The notes beneath the pieces are model-generated. The model worked only from the letters and a program-made list of their open reading frames with translations, made no database searches and was not told the origin of the DNA. This document shows, one piece after another, positions 1 through 7,039 of a stretch of DNA of 39,177 bases. The DNA is taken from positions 1-39,177 of IMG/VR virus record IMGVR_UViG_3300027975_000007; one strand, 5' to 3'. The position numbers and the translations under genes are program-made. Within the stretch, counting starts at the first letter, position 1, and every line of letters begins with the position of its first letter. The stretch is from a virus (lineage: Duplodnaviria; Caudoviricetes).

Positions 1-2
1 TC

Positions 3-932
3 GACAGCGGGACCGTAGAGGGGTATTTCGCCCAGACGGGCAATGTTCAGCTCGTACTGACGCCAACGTCCACGCAGCTTGTCGGAGAAGTACAGAATCC
101 AGACGTTGAACTAGTCGGACTTCCGTCGTCTACCCAGACATTCGCCCTTGGATACTCTCAGTCTGGTGACCTAGTCCTTACACTGACTTCTACGACTGGG
201 CAGGTCCACACTCTTCCGACTGACGCATTCTCACAGACGGGGGATGCTGCCCTCACCTTCGCCCCAGACGCGACGCAGACTGTAGCGTACGGAACTCTGA
301 CGCAGACTGGCGATGTGGTTTTCGGGTTCGAGCCAACGTCGGCTCAGCTACTCGGGTTCTTCAGCGTCGGCGATGCGGTACTGGCATTCACCCCTGCGTC
401 AGTTCAAGACCATGTACAGAGCTACGCACCAAGTCACTCGCAAAGTGGGGAGGTCGTTCTGGGGCTGGCGTTCGCCGCCAACCAAATCTGGAGCGATCTG
501 TACTCAGGGCCGTCAGCGCAAGTCACTGTCGTAAACGTCAACGGTCACGATGGAGTTACTGTTGCGTCGTTGAACGTGACGCCAGAGATCAATACGGAGA
601 TCTACTACGAGATCCGTGTGTGGAGCGACTCAGTCAAGTGGCTTATGAATAGGGGATCCCTCGGGCAGCCCGTCGGCATGAACCTTCTAATCAACGGGGT
701 TCCGTTCGCCAACGTGCGCGTTAATCGTTCGACTTTGGTGGTCGGCCCGTACTCCGGCACCTTCTACGACTCTTTGAGAGCGAGCTTGCTGGCGGGAGCG
801 GTCAACATAGGGCTCAGCGGATTCGAAGACTTCGCCACTTACACACTCTCCGAGAGCTTGGCAGGGGACACCACTGTAAGGATACGCGCCTTTGGACCTG
901 AGCGAGCAGCATATCTATTTGGGAGCGCGTAG
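3..932 (+). CDS. 5'-truncated repeat-containing virion/tail-fibre-like protein
   Basis: The frame of ORF 315..932 is open back to position 3 (DSGTVEGYFAQTGNVQLVLTP...). It has imperfect repeats of [SA]Q[TS]GDxxLxFxPxxxQ followed by a non-repetitive C-terminal domain, and lies just before the lysis cassette. Confidence 0.6.
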   Translation, partial: DSGTVEGYFAQTGNVQLVLTPTSTQLVGEVQNPDVELVGLPSSTQTFALGYSQSGDLVLTLTSTTGQVHTLPTDAFSQTGDAALTFAPDATQTVAYGTLTQTGDVVFGFEPTSAQLLGFFSVGDAVLAFTPASVQDHVQSYAPSHSQSGEVVLGLAFAANQIWSDLYSGPSAQVTVVNVNGHDGVTVASLNVTPEINTEIYYEIRVWSDSVKWLMNRGSLGQPVGMNLLINGVPFANVRVNRSTLVVGPYSGTFYDSLRASLLAGAVNIGLSGFEDFATYTLSESLAGDTTVRIRAFGPERAAYLFGSA

Positions 933-1223
933 ATGAATGGTGATGCAACGCTAGAGGAACTTCGTTCCTGGGAACGAAAAGCCGTGGCGGGTCTGCTATC
1001 TCTACTCACCCTAGCATTTCTAGCGTGGGCCGGAGTGGTGTGGAACTCAGCAGACAAAGTGATGCTGCGTATTGACCGCATGAGCGATCAGTTAGTCGCC
1101 GATCGGCTTGAGCAACAGATGTACCGCGCGGCACTAGAGCGGAGGATTACCATTATCGAGGAACGACAAGGGGCGGTGATGCGTCGTCTTGAGCGTGATG
1201 AACATGATAGGACCACCCAATGA
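933..1223 (+). CDS. membrane-anchored coiled-coil protein, lysis-cassette associated (holin/antiholin-like)
   Basis: One TM segment (AVAGLLSLLTLAFLAWAGVVW) followed by a charged coiled coil; ATGA overlap with the endolysin. Confidence 0.55.
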   Translation: MNGDATLEELRSWERKAVAGLLSLLTLAFLAWAGVVWNSADKVMLRIDRMSDQLVADRLEQQMYRAALERRITIIEERQGAVMRRLERDEHDRTTQ

Positions 1224-1585
1224 ATCTGAAAGCTATCAAGCCGACCACCACTGGCGAGGCCCAAGAGCTCTTCATGCTCCTGCTGCCCAGACTACTCGAC
1301 TATATCCACTCCAAAGGATACAGAACTCGTGGCGGGGACCTGTACCGCGACCCCCGCGTGTTCGGCGAAATAGGTGAGCGCCTCGGCTACGGCCACCCCA
1401 AGAGCGGACACAAGCGCAAGCTCGCCTTAGACATCAACCTCTTCCGGAACGGCGTGTACCTCAACAAGACTGAGGATCACAAAGAGTTCGGGGAGTGGTG
1501 GAAGAAGCAACACCCCCTCTGCCGGTGGGGCGGCGACTTTGAAGATGGAAACCACTACTCCATTGAATGGATGGGCATTAAATGA
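1220..1585 (+). CDS. endolysin, peptidase M15 family (L-Ala-D-Glu peptidase-like)
   Basis: SxH-x4-ALDI (KSGHKRKLALDINLF) and WGGDF-x-D-x2-H (RWGGDFEDGNHYS) Zn-peptidase motifs. Confidence 0.9.
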   Translation: MNLKAIKPTTTGEAQELFMLLLPRLLDYIHSKGYRTRGGDLYRDPRVFGEIGERLGYGHPKSGHKRKLALDINLFRNGVYLNKTEDHKEFGEWWKKQHPLCRWGGDFEDGNHYSIEWMGIK

Positions 1586-1824
1586 ATCCTACCGTCCGCG
1601 GTTTTGTCACGTCGAAGACCATCTGGATCAACACGTTTCTCGCTATCCTTTCTGGCTTGGAGCTGATGTCCAGCCACATCACGACCATCCTGGGTCCTAA
1701 GTGGGCTGCTGGACTCGTGATGTTTGGTGCGCTGACCAATGTCGGTCTTCGCGCGTACACGACTATGAGCTTGACTGAGAAGGGTCAGCAGGCCATTGAT
1801 CGTAAGGCGGATGCCGGTGCTTAA
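1582..1824 (+). CDS. holin (2 TM segments)
   Basis: 80 aa, starts with SKTIWIN, two hydrophobic segments and a charged C-terminus; sits between endolysin and spanins. Confidence 0.75.
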   Translation: MNPTVRGFVTSKTIWINTFLAILSGLELMSSHITTILGPKWAAGLVMFGALTNVGLRAYTTMSLTEKGQQAIDRKADAGA

Positions 1825-2164
1825 TCCGTACTTCCTTATCGCGGTCGGGCTGGCGTTCCTGGCCGTGGGCGGCGGAGGTTACTACTTCGGAGGGAAGCAT
1901 GCTCGCAACGCTACGGAGGCTCAGGAACTGCGGGAGGAGCGGCTGGTAGCTAAGATCACCGAAAGTACGGCCGAGGCTATTGCCGACATCGAGATCAAGA
2001 ACACCACCATCCGCCAGAAAGTGGAGACTGTTACCCGTGAAGTACCTGTCTATCGTGATTGCCAGCACAGCCCTGACGTTGTCCGGCTGCTCAACTCCGC
2101 CCTTGAAGGTGGAGCGATCCCCTCTGGTAATAGCGTCTTGTCCGAAGCTAACCCCGCTGAATGA
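1811..2164 (+). CDS. i-spanin (Rz-like)
   Basis: N-terminal TM (YFLIAVGLAFLAVGGGGYYFG) then a helical periplasmic region with a Cys; ATG at 1811 after AAGGCGG. Confidence 0.8.
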   Translation: MPVLNPYFLIAVGLAFLAVGGGGYYFGGKHARNATEAQELREERLVAKITESTAEAIADIEIKNTTIRQKVETVTREVPVYRDCQHSPDVVRLLNSALEGGAIPSGNSVLSEANPAE

Positions 2165-2252
2165 CGGGAGCTTTGGCGCGACTACCTCCAAGCTTGTGGA
2201 GGTAGTCGGCCAGTATTATCGTTGTCGTGAAGCCGCCCTTAGCGAGCGGTGA
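2037..2252 (+). CDS. o-spanin (Rz1-like lipoprotein), overlapping the i-spanin
   Basis: GTG at 2037 with GGAG at 2023-2026; signal peptide ending in lipobox LSGC; Pro/Cys-containing mature part; different frame from the Rz gene. Confidence 0.8.
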   Translation: MKYLSIVIASTALTLSGCSTPPLKVERSPLVIASCPKLTPLNDGSFGATTSKLVEVVGQYYRCREAALSER

Positions 2253-2577
2253 GGTTCGTGGGCCGACCGGGGCGAGCGTTCTTGCAGGCAGTGTTGGACG
2301 GTTCAGATTCCTGGTCGTCCGTAGCCACCGTGAACAGTGTGACGCAAGTCCTGCCTGTCAGCGTTCCGGTGTTCAGGGTGTAGGTCGCACCCACCGGAAC
2401 GATGATGTCTGGCTGAGCGACGCCCCGCACTGACCAAGCCAAGCGATAATGCTGGATTTCTGATGCTGGCAGAGGAGATCCATCCTCATACGTCGTGGGC
2501 TGGACCCATGTGACGTTGACGGTTGCAGCGAACGCAGATATCGGCAGAAGGGCAGCGAGCAGCAGCAATCTCTTCAT
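2239..2577 (-). CDS. secreted fibronectin type III-like protein
   Basis: Signal peptide MKRLLLLAALLPISAFA; FN3 pattern (VTW..P, Y.L.W, TV...ESEPSN); GAGGA RBS. Confidence 0.7.
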   Translation of the reverse strand: MKRLLLLAALLPISAFAATVNVTWVQPTTYEDGSPLPASEIQHYRLAWSVRGVAQPDIIVPVGATYTLNTGTLTGRTCVTLFTVATDDQESEPSNTACKNARPGRPTNLTAR

Positions 2578-2701
2578 TTTCTATCCTCTAGTTTAAGGGT
2601 GCCGGATACCAGTACCCGCTCCGGCTCGGTTGCAATGGAGCCCCCTCCACAATGAGGCTAGAAGACGAGGGGGTGCAGACTGGTTCTGCAAAGTGAATCT
2701 C

Positions 2702-2782
2702 CTAGCCACGTTTCCGCTCAGGGCAGTGTAGCAGCCAACGGTCGCCGAGCCAAGCCTTCGCTGCATTAATCTTGATTGACAT
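2702..2782 (-). CDS. small hypothetical protein (26 aa, MSIKINAAKAWLGDRWLLHCPERKRG)
   Basis: ATG at 2782 overlaps the end of the DUF3310 gene; fills the gap in the operon. Confidence 0.4.
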   Translation of the reverse strand: MSIKINAAKAWLGDRWLLHCPERKRG

Positions 2783-3068
2783 ATCCACTGTCGGCGTCAC
2801 CGGCCTCGGCGGGACCAAGCGGGTCGCTCTCGCAGACCACTTCAACGCCCCGAACGTCACCATCTGCTTCAAGAATTTCAATGTACTTCTCCAAAGCGTG
2901 TTGCGCTTTTCGCAAATCCTGTAGTCCACCTTTGTCCCTCCATCGCTCAACCCACTTGGTGATGATGTATTGGAAAGGGTCATAGTCGAGCCGCCAAGCG
3001 CGGTCCCAGTGTTCCTCGCCCCCTTTCTTGTAGTGGGAGCCTCCCACCTGTGTGTCGTTTGCTTTCAT
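2766..3068 (-). CDS. DUF3310 / SaV-like protein (T7 gp1.7 nucleotide-kinase-related domain)
   Basis: QVGGSHYK...KWVERWRDKGGLQDLRKAQHALEKYIE matches the DUF3310 pattern. Confidence 0.8.
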   Translation of the reverse strand: MKANDTQVGGSHYKKGGEEHWDRAWRLDYDPFQYIITKWVERWRDKGGLQDLRKAQHALEKYIEILEADGDVRGVEVVCESDPLGPAEAGDADSGYVNQD

Positions 3069-3099
3069 AGACTACTCCAATTACCACACACCCATTGTA

Positions 3100-4062
3100 C
3101 TACTTCCCACGGTTTTGAACAAGCCACTGACGGCAGCACTCTCGCCAGTCCGCCGCCACTATCTCTTCAGACGGCCCATTATCGCCAGGGATTTCTTTCC
3201 CTAGGTAGCTACGATACATGGGGAGAGCCACACCTTGCAGCCATTTGCTCGTTATACTACCGAACTCTCCATTAACGAACATACTGCACTCTAATAGGAA
3301 TCTATTCCAGTCCTCCCCCTCTGACAATATGGGGAAGGTGTCGGTTGGATACACCCAATCAAGCGTCGTCGTTTCTAGAAGATCATTCGTGTATCTGTAT
3401 TGGTTCAAATAGAAATGCAAGTTGTTCGTGAATACACGATATAGCCCCAATTTGTGTCCAGTCGCGAGGGCCATAAACTCGTGAAGATACGTCATGTGAA
3501 CTGCATTCGCCCCCATCATCCCCCACACAAAGTCGTTGCTCCGGTTGCATATCGTCATGTTCAATGCACCGTTCACAACCCTGAAATAGATATGGGTGTT
3601 GCATGGCCGATCTCTCCAGTTTCTTTGAAACAGGTCGGTGGTTGGATCCCACATGGTCAAAACTGCTTGTCTAGTTGTTGGTTCTTCCCTCAGCAGTTTA
3701 ATGAGATACGGTACTTGCGGACCCCAATGACGCATCCACCTGTATCCGTAAGCCCCATTGAGGATAGTGCCCAATGGAGTTTTATCTGTATACTGCTCCA
3801 TTTGCTTATTGAATTGGAACAGCCATGTTGGATTCTGCCGACCAGAGAAAATCCACACTGTCTCCAGCACATGGAAGAATGGGTTGGCATTCCGTACGGA
3901 GTCAGATAAGACTCGCATTGTCGGGCTGTGTACTGTGAGCACCACTGGTTCAGGAATAGTCAACACTGGACCATTGCGTGAATCTTCTTGTACCCCGAAA
4001 ATCCGCATTTTCCAAAGACCCTCTACATAGGCTTCGGGGATCGAATTCGCGCTAAATTCCAT
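3100..4062 (-). CDS. thymidylate synthase homolog, dUMP hydroxymethylase type
   Basis: SRNG, NPFFH..E..W, GAYGYRW, TRQAV..MWD, catalytic PCN and RSND..WG..GAN..H motifs; Asn at the substrate-specificity position; ATG at 4062 after GAGGAG. Confidence 0.85.
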   Translation of the reverse strand: MEFSANSIPEAYVEGLWKMRIFGVQEDSRNGPVLTIPEPVVLTVHSPTMRVLSDSVRNANPFFHVLETVWIFSGRQNPTWLFQFNKQMEQYTDKTPLGTILNGAYGYRWMRHWGPQVPYLIKLLREEPTTRQAVLTMWDPTTDLFQRNWRDRPCNTHIYFRVVNGALNMTICNRSNDFVWGMMGANAVHMTYLHEFMALATGHKLGLYRVFTNNLHFYLNQYRYTNDLLETTTLDWVYPTDTFPILSEGEDWNRFLLECSMFVNGEFGSITSKWLQGVALPMYRSYLGKEIPGDNGPSEEIVAADWRECCRQWLVQNRGK

Positions 4063-4858
4063 TGTAGCTCCTCTTAGACCGTCCAGTTCCGTTACTAACT
4101 CGCATGTACTTGTCAAACTCGCACAGGCAGTTCTGCATGTCTTGGGCGCAGAGGTCACCGACGGTACTCAAGTGCTCCACTGTGTCGCGTACAGAAAGGA
4201 GCATCGGGTACCATTCTCTAGCCGTAACCTTCGTTCCCATGAGCCAATCCATCCCGCGGATGCTGCCGGGGCCGGGAAGGGCAAAGTCCCACCAATCGTT
4301 CGCGTGCTGTAGGGGATGCCCTGGAGTATTCTTAAGATCAGCTACGACTTGCCCCGCCATGAAGGTGCTGATGCCCTCTATCTTTTGCAGATTGCTAGCG
4401 ACGTGAGCGCAGGAGGAAGATACTACGTTCCCGGCATGGTCCCCAATGGAGGGCATCACCCTGTCGCACAGATAGTCAATCTTATCCATCTTGATGCCGT
4501 GGGTGGTGACAACGTAGGCGTTCCCCCAGACCTTGCCGAGCAGTTTGCGCTCGTTGAGTACGGACTTGACGTAAGGCGGGTCCCACTCGTCTTGATAGTC
4601 CAACGCGTCCAACGTGTCGGGCCAATTCAGGAACCGCGATAGAATGATGTTGTGAACGAACAACGGGTGGCGGACGTAGGGGGAGTACATCCTCCGTATG
4701 AATTTCGTTACTCTATCGTCCTCACGTCGCACGTTGCAGAAGTACGTCACTTGGAAGACTGGGTCATTGGACCACGGCTTGGGCTCCCCAGCTTCCTTAC
4801 GCAGACGCACAGTTTCACGTTCTTTGATCCAATATAGTAGGTTTTGCAGGTTTTCCAT
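4052..4858 (-). CDS. aGPT-Pplase1-like protein (alpha-glutamyl/putrescinyl thymine pyrophosphorylase clade 1; helical glycosylase-like fold)
   Basis: ER...R..K..G...PWS.DP......FCNVRREDDRVT signature; HhH-like LQKIEGISTFMAGQVVADL; GPGS.RG; QNCLCEFDKY.R. Confidence 0.85.
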   Translation of the reverse strand: MENLQNLLYWIKERETVRLRKEAGEPKPWSNDPVFQVTYFCNVRREDDRVTKFIRRMYSPYVRHPLFVHNIILSRFLNWPDTLDALDYQDEWDPPYVKSVLNERKLLGKVWGNAYVVTTHGIKMDKIDYLCDRVMPSIGDHAGNVVSSSCAHVASNLQKIEGISTFMAGQVVADLKNTPGHPLQHANDWWDFALPGPGSIRGMDWLMGTKVTAREWYPMLLSVRDTVEHLSTVGDLCAQDMQNCLCEFDKYMRVSNGTGRSKRSYNGI

Positions 4859-4919
4859 AGCTAAACAGCCCTTGTCGAACACGTTTTAAATGGCACGCAA
4901 CCCATTGCCCCGCAAGCCG

Positions 4920-6161
4920 CTACCCATGCCCCGCCCCCATAACGTGCGCAGCCTGGATTGGCCTGTCGAGCGGCCAGGAGCCGGTTTCCAGCCGTGGGTA
5001 TATGCCAGCGGGTTTCCCCGCCGCCAGCTTAATGAACTCATTCGGCACCGCCCTGTAGTCAAAGTGCTCGAGCAGAATTCGGCGCACCCGGCTGACCATA
5101 TCCACTACTTCGGACGCTGGTAGATTGACCACCCAGTCAATGACTTCTGCTAGCGATTCAGGGGTGATGTCTTTGGGGACAGCAATATGAGTCTTGCCAT
5201 CTTCCCAAAGCACTATCTGCTCATTAGTGGGGGCCATGTTCTCGCTGGTGCAGATACTAACGCAGCCGTAGTTCGCAGATTCTAAGATGCTGCGGTTGAA
5301 GTGATTGCCGAGTGCTGCAAACTTCTTACTGAAACTCATGTCAATCATGGTCCGTGACTCGGAGTACAGGTGCAGGAGCGTTTCGTGGCTGACCAGTCCG
5401 AACCACTCGTGCCCGGTGCGCTGGAACTGGTCCCATAGACCTGCGTACTTCGGCTTACATTTCTCTTTGGACCGCATGTACCGACCTTCTATTCCATCAC
5501 CCCCAAGGACAAGGTGGGATTTCATGTGCAGGCTGGCTCGCACGACAGTGTCCATGTGCTTCCACGCTTTCCAGACGTGAGCACAAACGGATTGCTTGCG
5601 GCGATCATCCCACGGATGCAGCTCTGACCACTTGGCCGGGATGTGTGCCGCGCCAATGAAGGCTCGTGGGGCCGGGAACCACTCTAAAGCTCGATAGCCC
5701 GCATGATTCGTAACGGTCAGCGCTGTGATGAATGGGGCAACCTCTACAAGGTGGGGATACATGTCGCGGAAGTGTGCGTCATGCACCACGACGATCTGCG
5801 GAGGACTAATCTGGAAGATTCCGTGCCATCCCTCCACAGGTTTCGGGTTGGGGATTTCATGGATCACCATGTCGTACCCGTCGGCGAAGTCCTGCCACTT
5901 GCGGATGCGCTCGGGGGTGCCGTACCCCATCACACGAACACCGTACCATCCGTTGAGTGCATGTGCTTCGCCCCCGGTGGCGGACTGCCAGGAGGCTCGC
6001 GGCCCATCGGCCTTGCGTACGGAGGGATCTTGGTCGTTGGGGCGCAGGATTACAAGATCAACTTGATGGCCCCCGATACGGAACCCTTTAATCAAGTTCT
6101 CCACCCCCGCGACAATGCCGCCATAGTCGCAGATCTCAAATATCGTTATCAGTACTTTCAT
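4920..6161 (-). CDS. GT-B fold glycosyltransferase (GT4-like), putative DNA-modifying
   Basis: N-terminal MKVLI...GGI...V..L..G; YDMVIH; vvHD; W/K acceptor-donor region; FGLVS...L..LY; C-terminal NRSILESANYG. Confidence 0.8.
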   Translation of the reverse strand: MKVLITIFEICDYGGIVAGVENLIKGFRIGGHQVDLVILRPNDQDPSVRKADGPRASWQSATGGEAHALNGWYGVRVMGYGTPERIRKWQDFADGYDMVIHEIPNPKPVEGWHGIFQISPPQIVVVHDAHFRDMYPHLVEVAPFITALTVTNHAGYRALEWFPAPRAFIGAAHIPAKWSELHPWDDRRKQSVCAHVWKAWKHMDTVVRASLHMKSHLVLGGDGIEGRYMRSKEKCKPKYAGLWDQFQRTGHEWFGLVSHETLLHLYSESRTMIDMSFSKKFAALGNHFNRSILESANYGCVSICTSENMAPTNEQIVLWEDGKTHIAVPKDITPESLAEVIDWVVNLPASEVVDMVSRVRRILLEHFDYRAVPNEFIKLAAGKPAGIYPRLETGSWPLDRPIQAAHVMGAGHG

Positions 6162-6221
6162 CTTTCTTCTACTCCGAAGACAATCTGGCCCCGGACTATG
6201 CCGGGGCCAGAAGGTGAGAGG

Positions 6222-6635
6222 TTACTTCGCTTCTGCGGCCGGAGCCACGGGGCGAACCATCTCGATGACACCACGGCGAGCCGCACCGCGCAGATTGCCG
6301 GACGGGGCGTAGAACTTGCCCTGCTTGTTCGGAATCTTGTCGAACGCTGCGCAGAACTCTCCGCAGGTCTTGCCGTCGAACTGCTTCATCCGGTCGAACC
6401 ACTCTCCACGCTGACCGCGGAACGCGGCCTCGGACTTCAGCACACGGATAATGCTGTCCTTGGAGTATCCGTAGTCCTTGCGAGCAGCGCGCTCCTTCTT
6501 GGGGGCGTTCGGGTCGTCCGGGGCCTTCTCGGCCTTGACCTTGGGAGCCTTCACCGGCTTTTCGCCGACAGCCGGGGGAGTCAGGGGCTTGTCCGTCTTG
6601 GTCTTGACAGCGGGAGGGGTCAAAGGATTGCTCAT
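6222..6635 (-). CDS. basic Lys/Pro-rich protein, putative DNA-binding; paralog of 18317..18652
   Basis: Strong RBS (AGGAG); duplicated PLTPPAV; ~60-aa C-terminal domain resembling ORF 18317..18652. Confidence 0.7.
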   Translation of the reverse strand: MSNPLTPPAVKTKTDKPLTPPAVGEKPVKAPKVKAEKAPDDPNAPKKERAARKDYGYSKDSIIRVLKSEAAFRGQRGEWFDRMKQFDGKTCGEFCAAFDKIPNKQGKFYAPSGNLRGAARRGVIEMVRPVAPAAEAK

Positions 6636-6681
6636 CGTATTCTCCTATTTTGGGTTTGACTGGCCTGTCGCCAGTTGGGTC

Positions 6682-6710
6682 AATATAGCAAAGGATTACG
6701 TTCATTGCAA
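6682..6710 (-). promoter_or_regulatory. sigma70-type promoter for the modification operon
   Basis: TTGCAA-N17-TATATT with an extended -10 TG on the - strand. Confidence 0.6.
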
Positions 6711-6980
6711 GCGGGAAACCGCCATAGAACGTATGTCAAACAGTAAAGACGATTCCTCTTGGTACAGGAAAACGGATACCTCCTTATCTATGGATCTGGT
6801 AAACTCTTCCGGCCCCACTTCTAAAGGACACACTCCAAGAAATACATCTTTTTCTACGGGATTCACATATCCCACCTGTACCATGTACTTCATTAGAGCT
6901 CTACATCCTTTCCCCGTAAGTGGAACAGCAATCATCGATTTTTCTTCGGGATAACTCCAAACAACGATATCTAGTTGCAA
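6702..6980 (-). CDS. hypothetical protein
   Basis: TTG start preceded by AAGGAG; fills the gap in the co-oriented block. Confidence 0.6.
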   Translation of the reverse strand: MQLDIVVWSYPEEKSMIAVPLTGKGCRALMKYMVQVGYVNPVEKDVFLGVCPLEVGPEEFTRSIDKEVSVFLYQEESSLLFDIRSMAVSRLQ

Positions 6981-7009
6981 GCAATACTCCTTAGGGCGGG
7001 TAGCGTCTC

Positions 7010-7039
7010 ATTATACCATTATCGTAGGGCCGACAGCAA
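7010..7039 (-). promoter_or_regulatory. sigma70-type promoter
   Basis: TTGCTG-N18-TATAAT with TGn extended -10. Confidence 0.55.

Noticed and set aside
2590-2700. tRNA or hammerhead ribozyme
   Set aside because: No T-loop/D-loop consensus and no CUGAnGA/GAAA core; kept only as an unclassified structure.
3240-3258. 18/19-bp match GCCAYTTGCTCGTTATACT with 18110-18128
   Set aside because: One copy lies inside the TS coding sequence, there are only two copies, and a rough estimate puts such a match within reach of chance in 39 kb.
6196-6705. 169-aa alternative-frame ORF overlapping 6222..6635
   Set aside because: No RBS, it overlaps the predicted promoter, and its composition is typical of an off-frame read.
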